Below the pieces are notes generated by a model. The model made no database searches, was not told the origin of the DNA, and saw only the letters and a list, made by a program, of their open reading frames with translations. From Candidatus Eiseniibacteriota bacterium (GTDB lineage Bacteria > Eisenbacteria > RBG-16-71-46 > JABDJR01): a stretch of DNA of 64,000 bases. Each line of letters opens with the position of its first letter. Position 1 is the stretch's first letter. The stretch is from the NCBI GenBank assembly GCA_963762255.1, contig CAVXKA010000002.1, positions 96,001 through 160,000 on the forward strand. The letters are read 5' to 3'. Positions 38,266 through 49,618 of this stretch are shown one piece after another. Position numbers and translations under genes: made by a program.

Positions 38266-40899
38266 TCAGGGAAGCCTCTCCTCGACACGCGTGATCCGAT
38301 AACGGCGGGTGCCGGTCTCGCGCGGAATATCGATCTCCTCCCCTTCGCGCCGGTTGAAGAGTGCCTGCCCGACCGGGGCTCGAAACGAAACCACGTTGTC
38401 GCCCAGCGCTTGATCCCCCTCGCCGAGAAGCCAGAGCGCCATCGAGGCTTCGTGCGGGTTGCCGTCGGCGGCGGCGAGGTGAACCTCGGTGCCCGGCATC
38501 GCCACCCCGGCTGGGCGCTCCAGGCTCTCGATCAGGCGCACGCGGTGGAGTTGGGTCTCCAGTTCCTCGAAGCGACGGGCGTAGGTGGCCTGCTTGTCCT
38601 TGGCCGCGTGATACTCCGCATTCTCCTTGAGGTCACCCAGCTCCCGCGCTTTCTGAATCGCTCGCGGGATCGTGGTCTTGAGTTCCATGCCGATCCGCGA
38701 GCGCTCCTCCTCGATGCGGGCCAGCGTGCGTCGCGTGACCACGAGATCGCCGTCGTAGGGATCGTCGGTCTCGAGCGCGATGCGTTGTCCGAGCTTGGCC
38801 GCCGAGCGCACGCGATGTCCCTCGACCTCCTCGGCGATCGCGGCGTGTCCGACTTCGCGCAGGAAGTCGAGCAGAGGGAAGCGGACGCGGTCGGTTCCCT
38901 GCCAGCGCTTGAGGCGCAGCGTGAACGTGTCCTGCTCCTCCTCAGGAACGGGCGCACGGAGGAGCCAACGGGCGAGCGGGGAAGTCGGCGTCATGAGCGC
39001 GAGGGCCCGCTTCTGATGGGTCTCGCGCGGTGGTCGCTCGAGCAGGTTCAGAAACGCGACCAGGTAGAGCGCGGTCCACACCGGATCTCCGGCCCCCGGG
39101 GCGCCGAGGTCGAGCCCTTCTTCCAGAACGAAGAGCGCTGCCTCGGGACGCTCCTGCGCTCGGGGCAGCAGGGCGCGCAGCGTCGCCTCGATCAAATCCC
39201 GCTCACCCAGGCGCGCCCAAACGTCGCGCCGTACACCGGCCAGACGGGAGTCGAGCGCCGCCATCAGAGCCTCGGGCCGGGTGAGCCGCTCGAGCAGGGC
39301 TTCCTGCTCCGACTTGCTCAGTGCGTTGAAGTCGAAGTCCGCCGTGACGGCGGCGGCGGGGTCCACTCCGGCCTTGGGGTCGAGACGCAGGAGCCACAGT
39401 CCGGCGGCGACTCTGGCCTCCGCCGTACGGCGAGCGTCGGAGACCACCGCCTCCACGCGCTCTCCGAAGGCCTCCAGCACGCGGTCCCGTTGCCGCGGGT
39501 GGTGGGCGAGGAACATGTCGAGGGCGGCCAGGTTCTTCGAGAGATCGCGTTTCACATCCCAGCCGGGGAGCTGGATCTCCTCCGATTCCTCGTCGCCGCC
39601 CGCCAACCGATAGACGTTTTCATAGGCGCGTCGCGCGTCGATGCGCGAGTCGGCGGCCACGGCAGCGCGCGCGCCCTTCCACCAACCCGCCCATGCCGTG
39701 GAAGGAAGCACGGCGGGCACGAGCACGCGGCGCAGGTCGTCGACCGAACCCTCCCCCTTCTTGAGCGTGGCCAGCGCAAGGACGGCGAGTTCCGCCGGAG
39801 CCTCGCGACGGAGGCGTTCGATGCGGGCGGGATCCACCGCGAGAACCACGCGCAGGTCTTCGGCGGCAAGCGGCTCCAGAGCATTCTCCGCCGTGGCGAA
39901 GGACATTCGATGCATCGGTTTCGACGGGAAATCGACGAGAATGTTCTCGGTGTCGTTCTCGCGGATGCGACCGATTCCCCAGCCGGAGTGCCGCGCGAAG
40001 TAGCCGGGAGGAAACCGCGTGGCGCGGCGCAGGCGTTCGAGCACAACCCCCGCGGACTGCGATGGACGCTCTATCTCCGACACGCGCAGGAGGGCCTCGG
40101 GATCCGGATACGCGGCCAGCGCCACGCGCGAGACGCGGGCGGCGGCGCGGCGCAGGCTCTCCCGCTCCGGATGCTTGAGCCACAACTCCTGCGTGACCGG
40201 CCACGCCAGATCCGCGGCGCGCTTGGTGGTGGCCGCGTCGGCGGCCAGATCCAGCACCGCATCGAATCGGCTCCACGCTTCCTGGCGTGCCAGAATCGCG
40301 AGCGCGGCCAGGAGGGCCTTCAGCGCGGCAAGGCCGGCATCCTCCGCCAGAAGGAGGAGCGCCTCGTCGGCGGTCTCGTAGTTCTTGTCTTCGAGAAGCT
40401 CCGGGAGGGCGATGGCAGCGGCAAGTGCGGCGCCGGCGGCGTCTCCACGAGCGACGCGGGCCTCCGCGGCCCGCCAAGCCAGAAGTCCGTGACGGGGAAA
40501 CGCGGCGTGCGCGGTCTCGAGAAGTTCGTCCGGCACGGCATCGCGCCCGCCCTGCGTGCGCGCGCGGGCGATGAGCGGCGCCGTCTCACGCGCATGGGTG
40601 TCGACCAGCGGCGCGGTGACCCGGGCCAGAGCCGTCCAGTAGCCGGCCTGGTTCAAGCGCTCGGCGAGAGCGAGGAGCACATCCGCGGCGGCGTCCGCGT
40701 CTCCGCGGGCGAGGAGCGCGCGGCCGAGCAAGCGATGCAGGCCGACCGTCACCCCCTTCTCCGGAAGACGGGCGCGCACGGCGGCGGCGGCAGGTAGAGG
40801 ATCGGCCTCGTCGGCTTGGGCCAGCGCGGCCAACGCCGCGTCCTCGGAGGCGAGCTCGACACCTACCTGGGCGGCCAGGCGATCGGTGAGTTCGGTCAT
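38266..40899 (-). CDS. greA: Transcription elongation factor GreA with ~700-aa N-terminal extension
   Basis: C-terminal AIQKARELGDLKENAEYHAAK, SFRAPVGQAL; long helical N-terminus. Confidence 0.85.
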   Translation of the reverse strand: MTELTDRLAAQVGVELASEDAALAALAQADEADPLPAAAAVRARLPEKGVTVGLHRLLGRALLARGDADAAADVLLALAERLNQAGYWTALARVTAPLVDTHARETAPLIARARTQGGRDAVPDELLETAHAAFPRHGLLAWRAAEARVARGDAAGAALAAAIALPELLEDKNYETADEALLLLAEDAGLAALKALLAALAILARQEAWSRFDAVLDLAADAATTKRAADLAWPVTQELWLKHPERESLRRAAARVSRVALAAYPDPEALLRVSEIERPSQSAGVVLERLRRATRFPPGYFARHSGWGIGRIRENDTENILVDFPSKPMHRMSFATAENALEPLAAEDLRVVLAVDPARIERLRREAPAELAVLALATLKKGEGSVDDLRRVLVPAVLPSTAWAGWWKGARAAVAADSRIDARRAYENVYRLAGGDEESEEIQLPGWDVKRDLSKNLAALDMFLAHHPRQRDRVLEAFGERVEAVVSDARRTAEARVAAGLWLLRLDPKAGVDPAAAVTADFDFNALSKSEQEALLERLTRPEALMAALDSRLAGVRRDVWARLGERDLIEATLRALLPRAQERPEAALFVLEEGLDLGAPGAGDPVWTALYLVAFLNLLERPPRETHQKRALALMTPTSPLARWLLRAPVPEEEQDTFTLRLKRWQGTDRVRFPLLDFLREVGHAAIAEEVEGHRVRSAAKLGQRIALETDDPYDGDLVVTRRTLARIEEERSRIGMELKTTIPRAIQKARELGDLKENAEYHAAKDKQATYARRFEELETQLHRVRLIESLERPAGVAMPGTEVHLAAADGNPHEASMALWLLGEGDQALGDNVVSFRAPVGQALFNRREGEEIDIPRETGTRRYRITRVEERLP

Positions 40900-41000
40900 G
40901 CGGGGATCCTCGAAGTGGGGTGAATGCGATGGCGAGTCATCGTAGCATAGGCGCCCGCGGAACCGGCGCAACGAGCGGGCAGTGACCTCGCATCCGCGCG

Positions 41001-41030
41001 TTGACACACGCGCGACCACACAGGTAAGCT
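41001..41030 (+). promoter_or_regulatory. sigma70 promoter TTGACA-N18-TAAGCT for tRNA-Ala operon
   Basis: Consensus -35, TAnnnT -10, GC-rich downstream region, 46 nt upstream of the tRNA. Confidence 0.6.
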
Positions 41031-41076
41031 CTTCCGCTTCGCGGCGGCTGCCGGTGTGCCGCCCGGATACCGCGAT

Positions 41077-41152
41077 GGGGCTGTAGCTCAGATGGGAGAG
41101 CGCTTGTCTGGCAGACAAGAGGTCACGGGTTCGATCCCCGTCAGCTCCACCA
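41077..41152 (+). tRNA. tRNA-Ala(GGC)
   Basis: GGGGCTG acceptor with G3:U70, anticodon loop CT-GGC-AG, GGTTCGATCCC, encoded CCA; 76 nt. Confidence 0.97.
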
Positions 41153-41177
41153 ACTTTCTCACCGTTCGGAGCGCGAC

Positions 41178-41816
41178 TTGGGCTTCACTCTCGAACCGCT
41201 GGCGATACCGCCTCTCCTTTTTGCGCTCTGTTTCCACGAGTACAGCCACGCGCTGACCGCGAACCGCCTCGGCGATCCCACCGCCGCCGCCATGGGACGT
41301 CTCACGCTGAACCCGCTGCGTCACCTGGATCCGATGGGGACCTTGCTGCTGTTCTTCGCAGGGTTCGGGTGGGCTCGTCCGGTTCCGGTGAATCCCTTGA
41401 ACCTGCGCAACCCGCGGCGCGACATGCTCTGGATCGCCGCCGCGGGGCCGGGCTCCAATCTGGCCCTGGCGCTTCTCTCCGGCCTTCTCCTGCGCGCGGT
41501 CGTCCCCATGATGGGGGGCACATCGAGCTTGGCCGGCGCCGCGGCTTCGATGCTGGTCTACTCGCTCCAGATCAACCTGGTCCTGGCGGTCTTCAACCTG
41601 ATTCCGCTCCCGCCGCTGGACGGTTCCTCGGTGCTGAAGGGCCTGCTTCCCCTGGCGCAGGTCCACGCATGGTCGCGGATCGAGTCGGTCGGCCCGATCC
41701 TCCTGCTCGTGCTCGTGGGCTCGCGGTTCATCCTCGGGTTCAGCCTGCTCAGCCTCATCATCGGTCCGCCGATTCGCGTGCTCTCTTCCCTGTTCACGTT
41801 CGGGCTCCTGGGATGA
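41178..41816 (+). CDS. Site-2 protease family protein (M50)
   Basis: [29 protein letters not shown]. Confidence 0.92.
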   Translation: MGFTLEPLAIPPLLFALCFHEYSHALTANRLGDPTAAAMGRLTLNPLRHLDPMGTLLLFFAGFGWARPVPVNPLNLRNPRRDMLWIAAAGPGSNLALALLSGLLLRAVVPMMGGTSSLAGAAASMLVYSLQINLVLAVFNLIPLPPLDGSSVLKGLLPLAQVHAWSRIESVGPILLLVLVGSRFILGFSLLSLIIGPPIRVLSSLFTFGLLG

Positions 41817-41837
41817 CGCCGGCGCGGGGAGGCCATC

Positions 41838-42830
41838 GTGGCGCACGATACTGATCCGACCATCCCCCCCGAGGATTCGCAGGAGGAGCGCCCCGAACCG
41901 ATCTACGCCAAGGGGCCGGCGCTGCGGGTGCCGCGCGAGGATGTGCAGCTCACTTTTCTCGATGCCGCCGCCACACGCCCCTCGGCGCCCGCCGGGCCCG
42001 ACGAGGTGGACGGCGAGGAGCCGGAGTTCCTGAGCACCACGCCGCTGGGCGTGCGCATCCCGGTCTTTGAGGGGCCGCTCGATCTGCTGCTCTACCTGAT
42101 CCGCCGCGATCAGCTCGACATCTACGACATCCCCCTTGGGCACATCACCGCGCAGTACCTGGAGATGCTCGGCGTCATGCAGGTGCTGGATCTGGAGGTG
42201 GCGGGGGAGTTCCTGGTGATGGCCGCGACGCTCATGCGCGTCAAGGCCCGCATGCTCCTTCCCACGTGGCCGGAAGGGGAGGAGGATGAGGAGGACCCGC
42301 GGGCTGAGCTCGTGCGCCAGCTCCTCGAGTACCGCCAGTTTCGCGAGGCTGCGCGCCTTCTGAAGGGGCGCGAGGAGGAACGCCGCCACTGGTACGGACG
42401 CGGTTTCATCCCCATCTTCGAGGGGGAGCTTCCCGCGGAACTGGAGCCGGTATCGCACTTCGCCCTCATCGAGGTGATGAAGGATGTGCTGGCCCGGGCG
42501 GGGGAGCAGTTCTTCTACGAGGTCACCCTCGAGGACGTCACCGTCGAGGAGAAGATCTTGCTCGTGCAGGGTGAACTCGCGGCGCATGGGCGCGCGCTTT
42601 TCCTGGACCTTTTCGCCCGGTTTCCCCGGCGACTGCACGTCGTGGTGACCTTCATGGCGCTTCTCGAGATGGCCCGTCAGGGGGCCATCGTCATCGCGCA
42701 AGAGAGTAACTTCGGACAGATCTGGATCTACCCGGTGCTGGAGGGGCGGGTCGTGCTTCCGGAAGTGGGGAGCGCCGAGGCCCCGGGCGCCGTGCCCCCG
42801 CCGGCGGAGGACGTGGATGGAAACGCTTGA
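41838..42830 (+). CDS. scpA: Segregation and condensation protein A
   Basis: FEGPLDLLLYLI, EFLVMAATL, EDPRAELV, TFMALLE. Confidence 0.93.
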   Translation: MAHDTDPTIPPEDSQEERPEPIYAKGPALRVPREDVQLTFLDAAATRPSAPAGPDEVDGEEPEFLSTTPLGVRIPVFEGPLDLLLYLIRRDQLDIYDIPLGHITAQYLEMLGVMQVLDLEVAGEFLVMAATLMRVKARMLLPTWPEGEEDEEDPRAELVRQLLEYRQFREAARLLKGREEERRHWYGRGFIPIFEGELPAELEPVSHFALIEVMKDVLARAGEQFFYEVTLEDVTVEEKILLVQGELAAHGRALFLDLFARFPRRLHVVVTFMALLEMARQGAIVIAQESNFGQIWIYPVLEGRVVLPEVGSAEAPGAVPPPAEDVDGNA

Positions 42831-43665
42831 TCTGACCCCGCTCCTGGAGGCGCTGCTCTTCGTCTCCGACCAGCCGGTCACCGTCGCCGCCCTGGTGAAG
42901 ACCGTGGACGACGAAACCGTGACCGCGGCCGAGGTGCGAGCCGCGCTCGACGCGCTGGCCGAGGCCTACGAATCCGAGAACCGCGGATTCCATCTGGCCC
43001 GTCTCGGTAGCGGCTACCAGGTGGTGACCCGGGAGCGATACGCCCCGTGGATCGAGTCGTTCCTCGCCGGGAGGCGCAAGGCACGGCTCTCGCGCGCGGC
43101 GCTGGAGACGGTGGCGGTCGTCGCCTACAAGCAGCCGATCACGCGTGGCGACATCGAGCGCATTCGCGGCGTGGACATCGGCGCGGTGCTCACCACGCTG
43201 CTCGAGCGGAACCTCATCCTGATCAAGGGTCGGGATCCCGGTCCCGGCCGGCCGCTGCTCTACGGCACGACCCAGGGGTTCCTCGACTATTTCGGCCTGT
43301 CCCGGCTCACCGATCTCCCGCGCCTCGACGAGATCGCGGCGCTGGCCAAGGCGGAGGCCCCCGCGATGTGGGGCGACGACGAGATCGCGCGGTTCGAGAA
43401 GCACGGAGTGGACGCCGCCGCGGTGCCCTTCCCCGACATGGAGCCGGCGGGGGAGGATGCGGCCCCCGAGATCGGCGAGCAGCGCGACGAGGAGCTGGCC
43501 GAGTTCCAGGACGTGGTGACTTCGTTCAGCGTGCACGCCCTCGACGAACCCGGAGCCGCCGCCGACTCGGTCGACGCCGGAGCGGAACTCGATTCACCGG
43601 ACGCGGACGAAGATCTCGACGACGACGACCCGCGCGAGGATCTGAACACCTCGATCGAGCCCTGA
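42817..43665 (+). CDS. scpB: Segregation and condensation protein B with acidic tail
   Basis: EALLFVS, LSRAALETVA, YKQPITR, IRGV, PGRPLLYGTT. Confidence 0.94.
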   Translation: METLDLTPLLEALLFVSDQPVTVAALVKTVDDETVTAAEVRAALDALAEAYESENRGFHLARLGSGYQVVTRERYAPWIESFLAGRRKARLSRAALETVAVVAYKQPITRGDIERIRGVDIGAVLTTLLERNLILIKGRDPGPGRPLLYGTTQGFLDYFGLSRLTDLPRLDEIAALAKAEAPAMWGDDEIARFEKHGVDAAAVPFPDMEPAGEDAAPEIGEQRDEELAEFQDVVTSFSVHALDEPGAAADSVDAGAELDSPDADEDLDDDDPREDLNTSIEP

Positions 43666-43689
43666 CCGCGGCGCGGACCGCGACCGCCG

Positions 43690-45468
43690 TCACAGCATGC
43701 GGAATCCCTCGTCCTCGTTGCCGAGGATCCACGCCACCACGTTGCCGATCTCGATGCGGTCGGAGACGTAGGTGGCCCGTGAGACGCGGGAGGTGGCCCA
43801 CCCCGCTCCCTCGGCGCGCGAACGACTTTCCTGCATGCGCGCAAAGGTATCGAGCCACCAGGCGATATGCGTGGGACGCAGGTCGATCCAGGTCTTCACG
43901 TACTCGTCGATCTTCTCCGGGGTGATCTCGATCGTGCTCCTGAACTTCCGGTACGGCGGAGCATTGATCACCGGCCCGCGCAGAAGTGTTTCGCCGTCGG
44001 GGCAGAGGATCGGGATCCCCACCGAGGCGGCGAGGCTCGCGAGGAGCGGTTCCGCCTCGAGCAGGGCGAAAAGCTCCCGGCTTACCGCTTCGGCGGCCCC
44101 CTTGGTTCCGCGCCGCGAGACGACCTTGTCGATGGATCCGTAGACCCGGTCGAAGAGATACGCTTCGAAGAGGTGCTTCGCGAGGCCGGGAGGTCCAAGA
44201 CGCGCCAGCGCGATGGACGGCACTCCGTGCTCCTTCTCCAACTCTTCGAGAATGGTCAGCGCCGCTCCCCGCAGGAGCCCCGCCTTGTACGTCGACCCGA
44301 GCACCGACGAGTCGATCGCGCTCACCACGTCGCGACCGGTGCCGACCCCCTCGACCTCGAGCAACACGATGTCGGCGATCTCCTCGGGGGTGATGTACTC
44401 CATCTGGTCGAGCGACGTGATGGCCTCGAACTCACCGCGGGTGAAGAGACCGTTCTCTCCGGTATCCACGAGGGGCACCCGGAACTCCGACGAGCCGTCG
44501 GGGAGGGCGAGGGGCTCGTACCCGGTGGGATCGGGGGTGAGGTCGAGTGCCTTCCCCAGATCGACGCGCCGCGCGTGATACAGAATGTACGGCTCGCTCC
44601 CTTCCGCCTGCTCGTAGGCCACGCGTCCGCCTTCCTCCACGCGGTGAAACTGCTTGCCCACCGCCGTGCGGAAGTCCACGCCGCGATATCCGATGAGCGC
44701 GGCGGGCTTCAATTCCTTGATGATCGGGCCACCGGGGGTGCGGGCCATGAGGAAGAGCATGCCGGTCTGCGCGAAGGCGATGGCGTTCTTGTTGAGGAGC
44801 TGCGGACTCGGCCGCTCCTCGCCGTGGGTGTAGGGGATGTTGAGCCCCATGCCGCCGGTGCCGGTGGTCCCGACCTTGAGATAGAGCCGGGCACCCACCT
44901 CGACGAGCGCGCGGTTGAGGATGCGCACGTGGAGGATGAGCTGAGGGATGGAGATGGAGACCATGAGCTTCTCCACGCTCTCCTTCAGTTGATCCCAGGA
45001 CGCGGGTCCCTCGTTCAGACTCGATTCCACCGCCTGGCAGGACGTGAACACGTCCTGATAGGAGATGCCGGTGGCCGTGTTCACGCAGTCCACGACCACG
45101 TCGGGCTTTTCGGCCAGGATGAGGCGCGACAGGAAGGACTCCCGGTACGCGGAGTCGAAGTCGCGATAGGTGTCCTGAAAGAGACGCCGGCGCAGCGAGG
45201 GATCGCGGCGATGGGGCTGCGGGCGCTCGGCGTGTTCCGCCGGCGAAGGCTCGCCGGGAAGGAACATGTCGCCGTAGTACCCCTTCCACGTGTGTTTGGG
45301 GAAATCGCGTCGCAGATCCTCCACCGCCGTGCGCGTTTCCTCGCGGAAGCGCGCGGCGATGACAAACTCCCGAATGTCGGTCCGGCCCGCAAGCTTTCGC
45401 GCGACCTGATAGCCAACCAGTCCGCTCCCGCCGAGGATCACCGCCTTCTTATCACCCTGACCCATCAT
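43690..45468 (-). CDS. Uncharacterised NAD(P)-binding Rossmann-fold (SDR/KR-like) protein
   Basis: GGSGLVG, DCVNTAT, KVGTTGTGGMGLNIPYTH; SD AAGGAG. Confidence 0.72.
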   Translation of the reverse strand: MMGQGDKKAVILGGSGLVGYQVARKLAGRTDIREFVIAARFREETRTAVEDLRRDFPKHTWKGYYGDMFLPGEPSPAEHAERPQPHRRDPSLRRRLFQDTYRDFDSAYRESFLSRLILAEKPDVVVDCVNTATGISYQDVFTSCQAVESSLNEGPASWDQLKESVEKLMVSISIPQLILHVRILNRALVEVGARLYLKVGTTGTGGMGLNIPYTHGEERPSPQLLNKNAIAFAQTGMLFLMARTPGGPIIKELKPAALIGYRGVDFRTAVGKQFHRVEEGGRVAYEQAEGSEPYILYHARRVDLGKALDLTPDPTGYEPLALPDGSSEFRVPLVDTGENGLFTRGEFEAITSLDQMEYITPEEIADIVLLEVEGVGTGRDVVSAIDSSVLGSTYKAGLLRGAALTILEELEKEHGVPSIALARLGPPGLAKHLFEAYLFDRVYGSIDKVVSRRGTKGAAEAVSRELFALLEAEPLLASLAASVGIPILCPDGETLLRGPVINAPPYRKFRSTIEITPEKIDEYVKTWIDLRPTHIAWWLDTFARMQESRSRAEGAGWATSRVSRATYVSDRIEIGNVVAWILGNEDEGFRML

Positions 45469-45643
45469 CCTGCTCCTTCCTCGCCGCGCGAAGAGCGCCT
45501 CATCGCCGGATCGCGGGGGCGGGATAAACCGCCCGCATTGTACCGACGCGGCGCGCGCGGAGCGAGCCCCTTGAGCACGAACGTGCCGGCGGATACACTC
45601 GCACGGTTTAGCCCATATCTTCCGAGAGACGGGGTTTTCGTTC

Positions 45644-46921
45644 ATGCATGCCCGCAACGCCGCCAACAGGCTCCGCTGGAAGCCCCGGCTCCCCGGCGAC
45701 AAGTCGATCACGCACCGGGCCTACCTTCTCGGCGCTCTCGCCGAGGGGACGACAGTGGTCGATCGTCCCAACGAGGGGGAGGATTGTCGGGCCACGCTTC
45801 GTGCGCTGGAGTCGCTCGGCGTGCGCGTGGAGCGGAGCGAAGCGCGCGTTCGCGTGGGTGGGTGCGAAGGCCGCCTGCGGGCGCCGGGCACACCCCTCGA
45901 TCTCGGCAACTCCGGAACCGGATTGCGGCTCTTGCTGGGAGTGCTCGCCGGACAGCGGTTCACGACCCTTCTCACCGGGGACGCATCGCTCCAACGCCGA
46001 CCGGTGGAACGCGTGCTCGCTCCGCTGCGAAGCATGGGGGCGCGCGCCGAGGCCCCCGGAGACCATCCGCCTGTGACGCTCACCGGCGCTGCTCTCACCG
46101 GCATCGCGCATCGCCTCGCCACGCCCAGCGCCCAGGTCAAGTCGGCGCTCCTTCTCGCCGGAATCCAGGCGAGCGGACGCACGCGCCTCGAAGGGATCGC
46201 CGGCTCGCGGGACCACACCGAGCGGCTCCTTCCCGCGTTCGGGTGTCCGGTTGTCTTGGCGCCGGACGCGATCGAGGTGGAGGGGCCCTGCGCGCTCCGC
46301 TCCGCCGATGTTCGGATCCCCGCCGACCCCTCGGCGGTGACCTTCTATTTGCTGGCTGCCGCGCTCCTGCCGGGTAGTGAAGTGACGCTTGAAGGGGTGA
46401 GCCTCAACCCCACACGAATCAGTCACTTCGACATCTTTCGCCGGATGGGTCTCGCCCTCGACGTGACGCCGGAATCGGAGCCGGGACCGGAGCCTCGGGG
46501 GCGGATCGTGGCTCGGGGAGGAGAGCTGCGCGGCGTGGAGATTGGTCCCTTGGAAGTCGCCGGCCTCATCGACGAGCTTCCCGCCATCGCCGTTCTCGCC
46601 GCCTTCGCCCGCGGCACGACGCGAGTCACCGGCGCGGCCGAGCTTCGGGTGAAGGAATCGGATCGCCTGAGCACCGTGGCGGCGGGCCTGGCGGCGATCG
46701 GAGGGCGGGTTACCGCTCTGGCCGATGGGTGGCTCATCGAAGGGAGCGCGGGAGCGCCTCTGCCGGGCGGCGTGGTGGAGACGCAGGGCGATCATCGAGT
46801 GGCCATGGCGTTCCTGATGGCGGGGCTCGCCACCCGGGGCGGCGTCCGTCTCGCCGGAGCGCCCATGATCGAGACCTCGGATCCGTTTTTTCTCTCCAAC
46901 CTCAAGGCTCTTCGGCCCTAG
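45644..46921 (+). CDS. aroA: 3-phosphoshikimate 1-carboxyvinyltransferase (class II EPSPS)
   Basis: PGDKSITHR, GNSGT, SAQVKS, RDHTE, ELRVKESDR, DHRVAM. Confidence 0.96.
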   Translation: MHARNAANRLRWKPRLPGDKSITHRAYLLGALAEGTTVVDRPNEGEDCRATLRALESLGVRVERSEARVRVGGCEGRLRAPGTPLDLGNSGTGLRLLLGVLAGQRFTTLLTGDASLQRRPVERVLAPLRSMGARAEAPGDHPPVTLTGAALTGIAHRLATPSAQVKSALLLAGIQASGRTRLEGIAGSRDHTERLLPAFGCPVVLAPDAIEVEGPCALRSADVRIPADPSAVTFYLLAAALLPGSEVTLEGVSLNPTRISHFDIFRRMGLALDVTPESEPGPEPRGRIVARGGELRGVEIGPLEVAGLIDELPAIAVLAAFARGTTRVTGAAELRVKESDRLSTVAAGLAAIGGRVTALADGWLIEGSAGAPLPGGVVETQGDHRVAMAFLMAGLATRGGVRLAGAPMIETSDPFFLSNLKALRP

Positions 46922-46922
46922 C

Positions 46923-47642
46923 ATGAAGCGCATGAAAACCACCCCGCGATCCCTCGCCCGCATGCGCATCGCCATCGACGGCCCCGCCGGAGTCGGGAAG
47001 ACGACCACCGCGCGGGCGCTGGCCGACGCCTTCGGCCTCCTCTACGTGGACACCGGAGCCATGTACCGCGCGTTGGCGGTCCGTGCTGCAGCTGTGGGCG
47101 TTTCGGTGGACGACGCCGAGGCCTCGACGGCGCTCGCGCGGCGCATGCGCGTCTCACTCGACCGTGAACCCGGCGGTGGCTTGCGCGTCCGCGTCGACGG
47201 CGAGGACCTCACCGAGGCCATCCGTAGCCCGGCGGCTTCGGATGGGGCGAGCCGCATCTCCGTACACCCCGACGTCCGACACGAGTTGGTGCTCTGGCAG
47301 CGCGAGATGGCCGAGCGCAGCGGCGTCGTCATGGAGGGGAGGGACATCGGAACGGTGGTTCTCCCGGAGGCCGAGGCCAAGATCTTCCTGACCGCGTCCG
47401 CCGAGGAGCGGGCCCGGCGCCGCCACCGGGAGCTGGTGGCCCGGGGAGAGAACCCGGCCTTCGAGGCGGTGCTGCGGGACATCCGGGAGCGCGACGCCCG
47501 GGACCAGGGGCGGGAGGCCTCGCCGTTGCGTCCCGCCCCTGACGCGATTGTGATAGACTGTAGCGCCCTTGACGCCCCGTCCCAGGTGGCCGCGGTCCGC
47601 CGCGTGGTGGAAGCGTGGGTCGCCATGTCCGATAGACCCTAA
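46923..47642 (+). CDS. cmk: Cytidylate kinase
   Basis: IAIDGPAGVGKTT, DTGAMYR, MEGRDIGTVV; start may be 46932 or 46962. Confidence 0.95.
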   Translation: MKRMKTTPRSLARMRIAIDGPAGVGKTTTARALADAFGLLYVDTGAMYRALAVRAAAVGVSVDDAEASTALARRMRVSLDREPGGGLRVRVDGEDLTEAIRSPAASDGASRISVHPDVRHELVLWQREMAERSGVVMEGRDIGTVVLPEAEAKIFLTASAEERARRRHRELVARGENPAFEAVLRDIRERDARDQGREASPLRPAPDAIVIDCSALDAPSQVAAVRRVVEAWVAMSDRP

Positions 47643-47750
47643 CCCCCGGCAAGCCGGTGCACCGAGCGAATGCTCGGCGCGGGCGCGGCCGGACCGTGGA
47701 AGGCCGCAGAGCGCGGCTCTCCCTGGAATCATAAAGGAAGCCCAACCACC

Positions 47751-49604
<1,854 letters not shown>

Positions 49605-49618
49605 GAGACATCCGCGGC

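Noticed and set aside
40900-41118. GreA ORF extension to 41118
   Set aside because: Overlaps tRNA-Ala and its promoter; ATG at 40899 preferred
37680-41152. Integrated element at either tRNA
   Set aside because: No integrase, no duplicated tRNA 3' end noticed, no obvious compositional shift
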